The notes beneath the pieces were generated by a model. It did no database searches. It saw only the letters and a program-made list of their open reading frames with translations, and was not told the origin of the DNA. Below are positions 1 to 13,740 of a DNA stretch of 124,000 bases, piece after piece; within the stretch, counting starts at the first letter, position 1, and every line of letters begins with the position of its first letter. This stretch comes from Octopus vulgaris. Its lineage: Eukaryota. Location of the stretch: positions 14,900,001 to 15,024,000 of the forward strand of contig OX597825.1 of NCBI GenBank assembly GCA_951406725.2. The letters run 5' to 3'. The position numbers and the translations under genes are program-made.

Positions 1-1374
1 TTCTTTGCACTTAAACTTTTCAGAGTTTGCGATAGTAGAAGCCGCGTGTGTTACTAGAGATTTTCAGAGGTCTTTTATACTCGACTGAAGATATCGGATG
101 TCGTACGTTTAGAAGAAGCGTTGTTTCAAATATAAAATATATGATGAGAATGACAAAGATGCGTCTAGGTAGCCGAGTGGAGGTGGTACCAAACCAACCA
201 GGTCTGGGAAGCAGTCACTATTTCAGATGTAATAGAACAGGTCATATAAGAAACATCATGTTTGTCGGATAGACACTGGCGTGTGTTAGCATGTGATTTC
301 ATACTGGACAATCCGGTGCCCTTCTTTGGAAATTTTCTGGTTTACTTGTGTATGTTTTCGTTATGGCATCCTCGATTCCTGAATATTAATCTGTTCCAAG
401 ACTTAATCTATACATCTATACGTGGTTATTATTTCAAGGCAGGGGCTGATTTCACTGGACTGAAGAGAAAGACCAGATTTTGAGATGAAATCTATGGTTA
501 GAAAGAAATATATTTTGGAAAAAATTATTGCTTTTAAAATCATTTTAATGTGAAATAAGAACCAAAATATTAAAAAGTATTCAAAAACAATAATTAATGT
601 GTATCTAATGCATTGTTTTAAAATCAATACAAATAGTGGATAATTACAATAATGAGTGTTTCGGAAAGTGGTTCTGTATTGTATGGACTTTACGTACAAC
701 AATAGCAAATAACTATTATTGTAAGTATGTACATTAGTGTTACGCTTCAAATAAATTCTATACTTAAATAAATAAACATTCGCTGCTCAACTTTAGATTA
801 TTGAATCTAAAGTAGCTTGGCATAAAATATTTACTATATTATCCGGTAAAACTATAACACACCGCTTGTAATATGCCCAATATCAATAAATATCAATTTA
901 TTCTACTACATTAACTTAACATCTTCATTACCTCCAATAAACACTTTAGTCACGAACAACATTAAACATTTTCATCACTTCAATAATTTTATATTTAATA
1001 TCAAAATGTCTCATTGTTTTCTTCTTTCCTGTGTACTCTGAAATATCTAACAACAATATTGTGGTCCAAATATTGTGAAAATTGTTCAAGATACATGCGT
1101 AATGTGATTGAGTGTATTTTAAGTTGAAATACCTTTTCACTTTTTAGTAAAAGACGTTCATACTACGAGGGACCTGAACTTAAAAATGATATCATGATAA
1201 GACTTTAACCGTATTAATGATTTATATCGTTATCTGTTATCAAACAATATAAAATGCGTCTAAATCATCCCACAAAGAATAAACAAAGCTCATAATATTG
1301 TTTTTTAAAGTATTAGAAATATAAATACAGTGGTACCTCGGTTTTCGAATAAATCTGATCACGAATAAATCGTG

Positions 1375-1432
<58 letters not shown>

Positions 1433-1638
1433 AAGTAGATAAATGAATAATCTTATTACGGATTATTCAAATGATAACCGACACCTGGGTAGCAAAAATC
1501 ACAACAGAAAAAGCACGGTTGAGGTTACGACCCTGGGGCCTAAAATCCGTGCCTTAGTGCGGAAATTTGAAGTTTTATATATTTAGTGTAGGAAGAAATG
1601 GAGCTGAACGAAGATTTAACAAAATTCCTTTTTATTAT

Positions 1639-1720
1639 TTTCTACATATGTTTCAAAGGCTGCAAAGTCCCTAATTCGGATTGAATAAGGAGTCCATTTT
1701 GCAGCCTTCTCTTCAGGAAA
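1639..1720 (-). ncRNA. Type I hammerhead ribozyme with canonical core
   Basis: Minus strand reads TTTC-CTGAAGA-G-AAGGCTGCAAA...TTTGCAGCCTT-T-GAAA-CATATG-TA-GAAA. Stem I is TTTC/GAAA, stem II has an 11-bp perfect core, stem III is the palindrome CATATG, and the cleavage triplet is GUA. Confidence 0.85.
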
Positions 1721-2315
1721 GTCCAGGAACTTAATTCTCCAACAAAATGCACAGCAAGCTTTTCGACAAACGCTCACGAGGAGCCCATGGAATAAATGGC
1801 ACAAACTGTCTATCAATATGCGTTGACGCCAGGCTGGGTGAAAGCCGACGAGAAAGTCCGTTGAGATAATTCAAGGTCAAAATCCGGTTAACAGAAGGGG
1901 AGTACAGGAAAATCAAAGGGTGTGAATGTATTCTGTATGACTGGTGTTAATATTTGAATTGCTTTAAGAATGAGTGCTAGAGTGTTTGAGTGTGAGAAAT
2001 TGCTTTCATGTATGTGTGTGTGCATCTATGTATGTGTGGCAGTGTGTTTAGAAGGCAGCAAGGGAGAGAGATATAGCTGGTATTAATGGTCAAGCAACAG
2101 AAAAGTCTGTGTCTGTGTGTTCGTCTGTAACCAGTTGATAGAGAGAGGGTGTGTCAACAATGGTCATGGCAGGATACAGTGCTGCTGACAGGGATGTCAG
2201 CAGTTCTAGACAACTAGCAGTTCTTACACTAACAGGGGAGTGATATCCCCTTACAAATTTAATTCAATTTTTCTTCCATTTTCTTAGGAAATCAAGGGGT
2301 TAACTATATTAGACT

Positions 2316-2522
2316 TCATTGGTATGAGAGAAAAGTATGCCGTTTCCAGTGTGGGCATCTGAAAGAATTTTGCACAATCGAGTTAACAAGGTGCTCTCGG
2401 GCGAACAGAATATGAAAGAGTTCCGAGTTGCAAAGCGCACAGGTTTTTTTGCCCTTATCAAACGGTAAAGACACCGATAAAATTGAACATTCCAGTCTAA
2501 AAGTTGAATTCGCGTTCTTCAA
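2316..2522 (-). pseudogene. PLE GIY-YIG endonuclease C-terminal remnant
   Basis: Cys/His motif pattern described above; truncated, with no upstream RT. Confidence 0.55.
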
Positions 2523-2913
2523 ACGCCAGAGTAATTTACTTAGGTAGGTTAGATCTTATGTGCAGTTTCGCCAAGCAATTGCCAGAAATTTCCCCCAGGT
2601 TTCGTAGACTGCGAGAAAATCGCTATGAAAAGCCATAAAATCACTGTATGAATCATAGACTAGCACCAAACACACAGAAAATATATCGAAAGTCTTTTTT
2701 CGCTAGTTGGCTAATGGGTCATAGAACATATGCACCAATACGTGGGGGTGCTGAAACATTTTCAGCTTTAAGAGGATAGCTTCCGAGTTTGAAAGGCTTA
2801 GGACCATTGCACTAAATATGTGAATCTAAGAGGGCCGGATGTAGTATAAAATCTGATGCTCCTACCGAAAGTCAGGAAATGTTCAGCCCCATCCCCTACA
2901 TACATATATATAT

Positions 2914-3200
2914 GAAAACGCATGGCTCAGCGGTTGGAGCGCCGAGCTTACGATCGTGAGGTTGGGAGTTCGAATCCCGGACAGGGCTGCGTGTTGTGTT
3001 CTTGAGCAAGACACTTTATTTCACGTTGCTCCAGTTCACTCAGTTGTGACGTCACAGGTTCCAAGCTGTATCTGCTGTTGCCTTGCCCTTGGATAACACT
3101 GGTGGCGTGGACAGGGGAGGCCGGTACGAAAGGGTGACTGGTGGTCTTCCATAAACAACCTTGCTTGGACTTGTGCCTGGGAGGGTAACTTTCTAGGTTG
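2914..3200 (+). mobile_element. tRNA-derived SINE, 'M' centre (gtgttcttgagcaagacactttatttcacgttgctccagt), distinct tail
   Basis: A-box-like tggctcagcggttgg and B-box gttcgaatcc. The centre is shared with copies at 51498, 85966 and 112165. Confidence 0.8.
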
Positions 3201-3997
3201 GGTCTCAATATATATATATATGCGCGTTTTTGTGTAAGTTCGACCCTGTGTAATCATGGATTTTAAAAAAGAACTTTTAAGAACCTGAAGGAAATTATGT
3301 TCGCATTGATATCTTTAAAGAATCGGTAAAAGAAACGAAACATTTTATTTGTGTGTCTCAATCTACGTATATATACAATAGCGTTAGTGGAGTAGAATAG
3401 TTTCTGTAAAACGTTAATGTTTCCATTTTCGTATGTTGCCTCTTTTAAATTCGTTGCATTGTTAGTGAAATCATAAATTCATATTGGAAATCTTGCCAAC
3501 TCCATTTGAACATCACTGAACAGCGACATAGAAAATGCAAAACTTTGGTAAATTGGAAAAACTCCAACTTTAAACTGATAACAACTTAATTTCCATTAGC
3601 CAATAAGAACTGCAAAAACGTCTGGTAATGCAGTAGCAAGCAAAACCAATGTGAATATTTTGACATAGTCTTGTCAAAAAACATCTTCAAAAATATATCA
3701 GACTTTGTAAACAGAGAAAATATATTGCATTTAGATAAAAACAACATAGGAAATAAGGAAAATATTCGAATGGTGAGCATTAACGGTGTGAAATGCGAAA
3801 TTCGCAAAAATATATAGAATACGTCGAAAAATTGCAAAAGCGAAGATTTTCTGCTAACTATGCCCGTAATGAATTCGATCTCTACATGATTTTAAGAAAT
3901 ATTCGATTTTTTGTGTGTATCAAGTGAACTATTCTTTTCAAATAGCTTTAAATGCTTAAGTATAGCTGTAGGCGTTCGATATATAGTCAAACAATTT

Positions 3998-4036
<39 letters not shown>

Positions 4037-4074
4037 TGTTGGATATTATGTTAAATACTAACGGAAAATAGTCA

Positions 4075-4265
4075 GTCACATACACACACACACATGCGAC
4101 CACACACACACACACACACACTCATGCACACACTCTCTCACACACACAAAAACACCGCCTCACATACACATACACACGCTCACACACATATGCACGTATA
4201 TATAAATATATATACGTACAGACAAGTACATACATACATACATACACGCACTTACATGCAGTTCC

Positions 4266-4310
<45 letters not shown>

Positions 4311-4448
4311 ATACATATATATATATATATATACATACATATATATATATATATATACATACATATATATATATATACATACATATATATATATATACAT
4401 ACATATATATATATATACATACATATATATACATATATATATATATAA

Positions 4449-4485
<37 letters not shown>

Positions 4486-4540
4486 AATACATATATATAT
4501 ATATATATATGAATATATAAACATACATACATATATATTA

Positions 4541-4582
<42 letters not shown>

Positions 4583-4680
4583 TGTGTGTGTACATATGTA
4601 CACACACATATGTGCTTACATATAGTCATATATATAACATACACGAATAAGTTAAAATAACATATATAATAGATACAGAC
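4075..4680. repeat. Compound (CA)n/(TA)n/(TACA) microsatellite field
   Basis: Directly visible; source of the spurious IY-rich ORFs. Confidence 0.95.
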
Positions 4681-5032
4681 TATAAGAGCTCAGACTGGAC
4701 TAGATACAGAAAATCTAACATCGAAGGAAGGGTGACGGAGTTCAAGCAAATAAGAGATAGCTACAGGCAATGTACCGGGCGATGTAATGAAACTATAATA
4801 TAATAAAAGATGGAAGGAAGGCGAGACGGTTGTAAATGGCATAAAATCATTTATGAAATATTTATAAAGAAGAGAGTAAAAATATATATGGAAATTAAGC
4901 AGCAAAACTGGAAAATCTGGAGAATAACTGCGTAGATTTTGTTTTATATTAAGATCTGTATAACTATCTAATCTATGATGTGCTCCAAATTAAAACTGCA
5001 TACATATACACGCATAGACAGAGAGGTTACAT

Positions 5033-5240
5033 ACGGCGAGCTGGCAGAAACGTTAGTACGCTGGGCGAAATGCGTAGCCGTATTTCGTCTGCCGTTACGT
5101 TATGAGTTCAAATTCCGCCGAGGTCGACTTTGCCTTTCATCGTTTCGGGGTCGATAAATGAAGTACCAGTTATGCACTGGGATCGATATCTGTCCTTGTT
5201 TGTCCCCTCTGTGTTTAGCCCCTTGTGGGTAATAAATAAA
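5033..5240 (+). mobile_element. SINE family A (ggcgagctggcagaaacgttagc...gagttcaaattccgccgaggtcgactttgcc)
   Basis: Matches more than 15 other copies in the window; tRNA-like head with B-box gagttcaaatt. Confidence 0.9.
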
Positions 5241-7250
5241 TAAAAATGTATACGTCCATACACATATTTGATCAGTTTAAATATCGTTTATTTTTAATGA
5301 AAAACTAACACAATAGCGTATTTAGTTATATAATATATCTCTGATACCCCAAACAAGAATGGCATGAATCAGATAATACTAGCGTATAGATATAGAACTA
5401 GATAAATTCCGTGCTGAACTGCTATGGAATCTTAAGAAGACATTACATAATACATCCAGCCTATATTTTCGAAACAAGCAAATGTTGCATTTTACTTGTA
5501 ACCAAAAATAGCATATGTGTATATTTAAGAATTGAATATCTACAGGAAAATTGCCAGCTTTAAAAAGATGTATGAAACTGTGTCAAATATAACAGAAATC
5601 TGATTGTTTGGTAAGCGGACGTTGATACAAATAAAACTCAACCCATAAGATGCTCCATACAGAATATTATAAACATACGCTCTCTTCCAAATTTCAGGTA
5701 TTTCGCTCTAATAGAAAGGACTATTATAATACACAATATTTTAACATTTTTTATGATACAATTCCTAATAATATTTAATTATGAAAATATATTAATATAT
5801 TTTAAACATCGAATGGCTACGGTGGTCCATCCGAGCGAAAAACAAATAAATAAATGGTGTCCATAGGTAAAAGAAATGATTGAGAAACACCGGTGAAGGT
5901 GAACGTTAGACTGCCACTAATCAATCTTGGATGAAAAGTTGAAGTACATATAACGTTATATACATGACTTATATTCAGTGCAAGACACGGACATCCGTCT
6001 TACGAAATGTCGTTTGCGTTATGGTTGAAGGATAGAAATCCTACAAGACGTTATAGTGAACGTATGCAGTTATAGAGATACTAACATTTTACTGCCTATA
6101 TATTATTAAATATGTCATCTATCTTTTGACAGAATGATTCTAAGTGGAGTAGTATCAAGGATATGTGCATATGTATTTGTGTGTGTGTCTGTGTCTGTGT
6201 CTGTGTGCGCGTGTTTATGTAATACGAATAATAGGATAATTACCGTGCACGGATATGATGTAACTGAAATATCAAATGATTTTATGACAGCAGACATGTT
6301 GTACTCAATTGTAGTGAAATGTCCGGCATTGCGATGGAAATGATAATTCGAACATTTACGCCATTTCATTAGTGAAGAATATATGAAGAACTTATTTAAG
6401 ATAATAAAGAAACGAAAATATTATCTTCCCTTAATTAAGAGTTTATCTTCTACGTAATGACAGTTGCTCAAACTCATTTGGAATCGTAGCCAGAAGATAT
6501 TCAGTGACAAGTAGATTTAGAAAAAAAAAAATCAATTATTACAAATGCTTATTCTTCCAATGGCAAAGTCGCAAACAGGTAATTCAGCAATTTTTTTTTC
6601 TATTGTAAAGTGGTACCACGGTTGTGTTTACGCCACGTATGACTCCATTATTGCTATCACAGGTTTTGATGTCCTTCGAGGCGTTTTACTTCACTGCCTT
6701 CTGACAATAATAAAGAAATAAACGCAAGAAAGCGTACAACATAACTTTTAGATCTCTTGAAGTAATTTATATTCAAAGAAAGTCCATTTCACCGAAATGT
6801 CAACATTGTCTAACGTGTTCATTTATAACAACGTTTGAAGGTTTCTTTATGAAGACACAAAGGGAAAAGTGCATCACATAATTAGACAATAAAATATTCT
6901 ACCCTCTCACAACTCTACAAATCTAATGTTGTTTAAATACATATAAATTGTTCACAGGTCGATAAATTGTTCACATTTTCGTTTCATCTGTATTTCTGTA
7001 TTCTTATTCATATATATATGGATTTTTATGAGAAGAATATTATTACTCTAAACGTATTTTACGCGAAGTATATGCTGAAATTATTCATGCTAAATGTAAT
7101 GATGCATGCATAGTGTTGGATATAATTATATGTGAATTTATAAAATTTTATTTGCACGTATATACATATGTGTAAGCTTGTATACACTGATATACAATTG
7201 TCATAGAAATATGTGTATAACTTTACATGTGATTGCCTGTATGTGCCTTT

Positions 7251-7340
<90 letters not shown>

Positions 7341-7899
7341 TAATTGGTTAATGAGAGACGGAAGATCGAAGACACGAGAACTTTAATTAATCATTACAAT
7401 TGTTTCAACACGAGGTATGTTTTGTATTTTGGTATTTGAGAATGTAACAATCCAATAGGTATAGACGATTAGTTTTATTATCTAATAATATATATATTTA
7501 TCACGTCTTACACAGCAGCTTTGAGGCCGCCTATTACATGTCACTCATTCGACGTTTACATCTTCGACATTTCTGTCCCTTAGAACCTCTCTTTCTCTTT
7601 ATCGTTGTTTATACGCGCAAATTTCTGTACGCGTGTGTGTTTGCATGTGTACCAAAAGTACTATCGCCAAAACACGTCAACCTGGCCAAATCGTCGACAT
7701 CCAAACTGCCGCGCCAAACCTGCTCATTCCGTTTTGGGCAGATGGTATCAAAAGCAATAGTTTTGTGCCAATCACTCTTTATGTCAGTGGTGACTAACGC
7801 GCCATTTCTGAAACAATAATTTGTAATAACTCCTGCGCTCATTTACCACAAGAAATTTGCATCGTGGTTTAGGAGATTGAATATACTCCAATCTTTGTT

Positions 7900-10800
7900 A
7901 AATAGGCAACAGAGCACTTCTATAGTCATCTGAATATATAATCGCACTTAGACACCAAATAGAAGACCATTTCATGCATGCATCATTTACCAAATTTCTC
8001 TAAGCTCTAATAAAATTATTCTGGCTTACAATTTTTGTTAAAAACTGACATTTTCTCAGATACCATTGATAAATATCTTACAACATTCGTACTTATGATT
8101 TTTCTTTTATTTACTCAAATATAATCTTTTGTCAGTTATTGAGGGCGTTTAGATTATCACTGTAGCGTAACTAGGCTAAAAGATGTATTGCATTTTGTTA
8201 TCGGCGGTCTGTATCTAGCAATATACATGAGCTGATGGACCTCATCATACTATAAACTGATGTTTTGAAGCCTAACGATGTTATAAATGTAGAGTTACCT
8301 TGCAACTCCAGGATCTTTTTCTGTCTTCTGCACTATAGAACCCCGGCGAAAAAAATTAAGGAGCTCGGACAGAGAGCAGAAATGAGAAATATTAATAAAT
8401 ATGTAACTGCAACATCAAACCTGCTCTGAAGACTGAGTTCCTTTATTTCACAATCGTGCACATTTAAATTCCCTTCCATTTTCAAACACATTATTTGACA
8501 TGCGTATTTAAAACTTCCTTATGATACACTACCATACCAAATTCCCCAAACCTTTTAGAGCAGGCCCTATCATACATTAAAGAGTTCCACTTGCGACGAA
8601 TCGACAGTGTATGTTCTATGCAAAAACGTTGTTTAGTCTTTCTTTTCGACTTTTGATTTGATGCTGGAAGCTGAAATATAGAGTTCACGTTTTAGGAGCT
8701 TCATCAGCTTCACAGAATAAATTCTGTTTTCAGAGGTCCTATGCTTGTTGTAGGCAATTTTCTGCATAGCATGGATAAGCTGAATACTTGTTACTGTTTG
8801 GGAATCTGATTCTGATGATATTAAATGGAGGAATTATTTTTCTTGAATGGAAAATTTTAAATTCCTCCGGCACCATTCATACTTCGCACTGATTTGTACC
8901 CGCGATATTTTTGTTTGTTACTTCTCGAGCCACGCCTGGCTCATATGGGCCGGTTTCCCAGTTTCCTTGGTGTATAGGTTCCCTACCTGGACGGGACGCC
9001 AGTCTTTCGCAGATGAGCTGCAAGATGCAGGAGGAAAGCGCGAGAGAAATTTGTAGCGAAAGAGTCAGCAAAAGTTCGCCATTACCTTCTGCCGGAGCCG
9101 CGTGGAGCTTAGGTGATTCGCTCATAAACACACATCGCTAGGTCTGAGATTCGAACTCACGATCCCTCGACCGCCAGTCCGCTGCCCTAACCACTAGGCC
9201 ATGTGCCTCCACACCCGCGATATTGAGCGAAAATCGTTCCTCTTCCCTGTTCCAACGAGATTACGGAATATGTGTGCGTTTGAATAAATGCTATTATAGG
9301 TATTTGATGTCTTTAACTGATAGACAGATTTCAGCAGTGATTGGGTTTTCGCAATTCTAAAGTAACCAAGCATTGTAGGGAATATCGTGTCCATTACGTA
9401 AGGAGATATTTCTAACTCCAACAATATCAGTATTACTTTATTAGTAGGACTTTGGGAAAATAGTGTGGATAGCTTAATATTTGTGAATGGAAATGTCACT
9501 CGTGGGTGTAATTCAAACTATATTTTCCCATTCACATGCGCAGTAAAGTCGTATGCAGTTCTCTCCGATGCTTGTGTTATTTGATTGTGCATTCCGGCAG
9601 AAATAGCTCTATCGATTTCTTTCTATATGCTGTGATCGTTTTCTAATTTAAAGTGAAAACACCAATGAGGTAAACATGTTTCTCGTCTTCAATAATACAA
9701 CGTTCATCATGATTCCTTAAGCGTCGTATTCGAAATCCTGTTGATGTTGATCCCAATTCAACTTGAAAAGTCGTTCACTTATAAGAGGACGATCTGCAAC
9801 CGTTTGATGTTCACTGAATTGACTTGTGAGGTCTTCGCAATTTAGTTTGTAGGTGAGTGTCACAAATAATGCTAGTTTCCCAAAGTTCTACAAAATGACT
9901 TGCAACGTGCCATAGGATCTTGTCAAATGTCACAGTAGATGGTAATTTCATGTAGCACCGTGTAAACATTCACTTGTATCATCATCACCGCCTTTACCAA
10001 AGCATTTTACATATCTAATTTTAAATATTGTCGGTAGTTTCGAATATTGTGCAAACGAGCAGATTGGTATTAGGCGTATTGGTATAGAAAATAACTCTTT
10101 AATCGATGGTGTCGGTTACACGATTTATTACCTGAATCATCTATGTCTATTATCTCAAAAGAATACAATTGGAGAGACGCCATTTTCTCAAATGCGTATT
10201 TCCTTCAGTGCATTGAGATGTCATCCATCTAAGTTGCCAGGAAAGTATGGATATATAACAGGACATATTCTTTGTAAAATTCGCTAAACATTTGAATACA
10301 TGGCTGATAGCTCTCTGCATTGAACTTATCAAATTTGTTGCAAGGTGACGATTTTCATCGCCAATGTCAGGTAAGTCATATCTTCGCGGCTAATATCTTC
10401 TCAGCAAATCATACCTTCTCGGCAAATCACAACATTTCGGCAAGTCACCACTTCTCGGCATGTCATACCTTTTTCTAAAGAATTAACCATCTGGAATGTT
10501 GTCAACGTGCAATCCAATAGAAACATTTACTGGTTTTTGTCAGCATAAATTTCTTTGACAGATTTTCTTTCAAATACCTTTTTGTTAGCGGAAGGCATAA
10601 CAGATTGAAGCGTACCTGATATACCATCAATATTGTCTATTTCTTTACCTGCAGGGAATTTCTGCAAATTTTGAAGCAGTTCTTTAGAACGGTAACATCA
10701 AATTTGCAGACAGGATATTGCCACTGTAATAGCATTTCTTTCTTTTGCAAAATAATCTATAAGCAACTTCTTGAATTCTGCAAGGTTAAACTGCCTCGAA

Positions 10801-11510
10801 CAACTATAGGAACGTTTGATTTTAAGTTCCACACGGTCATAGTAAAGTTGAAGCTCCAAATGTTTCTTCTCAAACATTTTGCTTCTAGTGAATCAATTAT
10901 GAGCATTTGATGTAGCTGAAGAGGTAAACCTGGTACGTCTGAAATATGGATAAACTCAGATATATAGTAAATAATAAAATCGAGATTGCCGAATGGTCTT
11001 CTAGTGCAGTCTCTCATGAATATCAATGCATTAAAACGACGGCATTTCACGTCCATTAAGCTGGAACACTGACGGGTTACATTGACAGCGAATTCCATTA
11101 CCGAGGCTATGTTATATTGCTTTGCAGCATTCATCATCTAATTTTGTCAGTTTTGAAGATTAATCCATTCTATGCTATTAGTTCGGGTGTTTGTTCTTGA
11201 GAGGGGCGTTGACGCGCTTGAGCAAGCTGTTCAGCCAATTGTTCTAGAATGTGTTTAGGCTGCTATCAAGGGACTAATTGTCATGCTGCTGAACAGGTTA
11301 GAGCGGCACGACGTAGAGCAGTTCTATGAGGATCAGCATTCTGAGACAAAATACATTGTTACTGTAGTCGAGAGCAAGGAAAGTACTTAGATTTAGTTGT
11401 GAGTACACGCTTGTTGTGGAAATATGAGTGTTGATTTTGCATCCATAATACAAGGGATTCGTGTTTCGAATGCTGCGAGCAATGGGTCGGACTATCTGCA
11501 CCATGCACAT
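7900..11510 (-). mobile_element. Decayed Helitron (Rep region of RepHel)
   Basis: Manual minus-strand translation gives Helitron-like blocks in the expected order: MDVKCRRFNALIF...HISDVPGLPLQLHQML...NIWSFNFTMT (ORF 10757-11137); QDPMARCKSFCRTLGKLALFVTLTY (~9835-9925, cf. QDAMAxxRxFGKPDLFITFTCNP); IPYNAWLL*NCENPITAEICLSVKDIKY (~9300-9390, cf. VPYNPxLLxxxNxHINVExCxSVKSIKY). Many stops and frameshifts; ends not defined. Confidence 0.8.
8910..9212 (-). mobile_element. tRNA-derived SINE ('K' centre) inserted into the Helitron
   Basis: Head gtggaggcacatggcctagtggttagggcagcggac...gttcgaatc; 12-bp TSD acccgcgatatt at 8898-8909 and 9213-9224. Confidence 0.9.
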
Positions 11511-11637
11511 ATACACGCCCCATACAAAGATATATATATATATATGTGTATATATATACGCGCACACATACACATAACTTCCCTCTCTCTCTCTCTAACA
11601 CACGCACACATGCACATATACACACACGCACACAGAG

Positions 11638-11675
<38 letters not shown>

Positions 11676-11777
11676 CTCTCTCTCTCTCTCTCTCAATATA
11701 TATATGTATATATATATATATATATATTGATGCAGATATCTATTTACATGTTTATGTATAAGTAGATAATTTGATGT

Positions 11778-11851
<74 letters not shown>

Positions 11852-12751
11852 GGATGATACTGATAGAAATGTGTATGTATGCATTTATCCATATCAAAAT
11901 TATATAGTATTCAAGATCATCGTAATGAACAACAGAAATATTTCAATTTTAATATTTCAATTTGTAAATTTGTAAATTGTACTCTTCTAAAGTTAGCGAA
12001 GGAAGAACATCACTGCATGCACGATCGTCTTTAAAATATGCAGATTTAATATTCACGTGTTAGTTAAATGATGTAAGCACATATTTCGTACGTTTATGCC
12101 ATCAGTATTATTATATAAATAACGTATATAAGTTGGGATATTGTTATAAGAACACACGTGTAATATAGCTATGTCGTAGCCAGTATGTCTTGGAAATGCT
12201 TCTCTTTATTATTCAATATTATATTAGTCTTCTTTCAATATGGATATTTCACAGTTTCATAGTCAACTAACATTACAGATTCAGTGATGAGACATCTATA
12301 CTATCACTTCATCTGGGAAAAAGCAGCTCCCAGAGCTGAACCAAATCATAATCTTTTGTTTTGAAATGCAACATGATATCGTCCAAAAGTCTCATTGTTG
12401 GATTCTCTGATCTTGGTTTGGCGGTAGCTAAACGAACACAACGATCCCGACGAACAGTAAATTATACAAAGGTTTGTGCATTATTTTCAACACGTTAAAT
12501 AGAGAATGGGCATTTTATTATAACATAGCTGCTACTGCATAGCAGCATAGGATTATAAGCAGAGTTAGTAATTTAATTCCACATTCAATACGGATGCCTC
12601 TTTATTTCTACATACGCTATTTAAGTTCAAACAGTTGACTTCTCACGGACGTGCTCAGTTTGCGTAAATCACAAAATGGAGTCAGCTTTGACACTATGCG
12701 ACAAGCTTTGGCATTTTTAGGTTAGGTGGGATCGATTAAGAGGTCTCAATA

Positions 12752-12754
12752 GAC

Positions 12755-12826
<72 letters not shown>
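12752..12826. repeat. (GATA)n microsatellite
   Basis: Directly visible; similar tracts at 11778-11852, 18100-18300, 27815-27900, 91020-91110, 118690-118770 and 123190-123480. Confidence 0.95.
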
Positions 12827-12827
<1 letters not shown>

Positions 12828-12960
12828 TGTTTCTTTATTAGCCACACAGGGCTGCACACAGACGGGACAGATTACAAAGTAGAGCTTTTCTTTTTGCGAG
12901 GATAAAAGTGGTGTAGGTTTTCGATCAAAAGGGATCGTAAAAAGGAAAGAGAAAAAAAAC
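12827..12960 (-). mobile_element. Retroelement 3' end (…gtcccatctgtgtgcagccctgtgtggccaataaagaaac) adjacent to a microsatellite
   Basis: A second copy lies at ~92020-92097 (+). Both end in AATAAAGAAAC directly before a (TCTA)n or (TA)n tract. Confidence 0.65.
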
Positions 12961-13740
12961 AATCAATAGGGATCGATAGATAGATAGGGAGGGAGGGATC
13001 GATTGACAAACGGACTGACGGATGAAAGGATGGATGGAGGGCTGGAGGGCTAGATGGAGATTAGGAGAAGTAGAAATTTCACCTCGACAAGACTTGAAGA
13101 TCTTGTTCAAAGCTTCGGATTGATTACAAGCGCTAAAGAATCTAATGGTGCAGCAAAATTAACAAAACGCCACTTAAATAAACGGCTCTTTAACAGAAAT
13201 ACCAATTTTAGTATTGGGAAATTCTTACTACGACAAATTCAATTTTAGGTTTATTGCTTCAGTTAAAATTATAAGCTGAAAATGAAACAGATAGAGACAG
13301 TCTGTCTGTATGTTGCCTTTACTGGTCTCATCTGACAACTGATGTTATATTGTTTACGTACCAGTAACTTAACAGTTCGGCCAAATTAGTGGCCAGTATA
13401 ACAGATATCAAATTACAATAAATAATGCGATTGGTTTAATTGACTAAATCTCTTAAGGCGTTCTCCGAGAATGTACGCAATACAATAAATCCATTCGAAG
13501 AGAGAAAACTCACACACAAACACCTACGTGCACAAAATCTGTGGATAGACTAAGCTTCAAATTCTCAACAAGACCTATGAAATAAATCCACTCATTATTG
13601 AGAAGAGTGTTTTTCTCCAATAAAAGATGTCTTCGTTTATGTATACTAGAAACACAAATAACGTTGTATATTAGTGTCCGCACACGTGTGTGTGTGTGTG
13701 TGCCAGTGTATGTACGTGTGTGTTAATATTTATATGTGTA

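Larger units (their letters stand above)
1431..2560 (-). mobile_element. Penelope-like element (PLE) 3' end remnant: endonuclease C-terminus, 3' UTR/pLTR with hammerhead
   Basis: The minus-strand ORF 2316-2522 reads CALCNSELFHILFAREHLVN...RCPHWKRH, resembling the CxLCxxEKxxIL...LLN...CRH tail of PLE GIY-YIG ORFs. A hammerhead motif lies downstream on the same strand, and the element abuts a (TA)n tract. Confidence 0.65.

Noticed and set aside
1326-1375. ta-cagtggtacctcgg as a pogo/Tigger TIR
   Set aside because: No partner TIR or transposase found; too short to call.
8680-8710. Minus-strand CTGATGAAG...AAAACGT as a hammerhead
   Set aside because: No GAAA, no stem I or II pairing, and it lies inside Helitron coding remnants.
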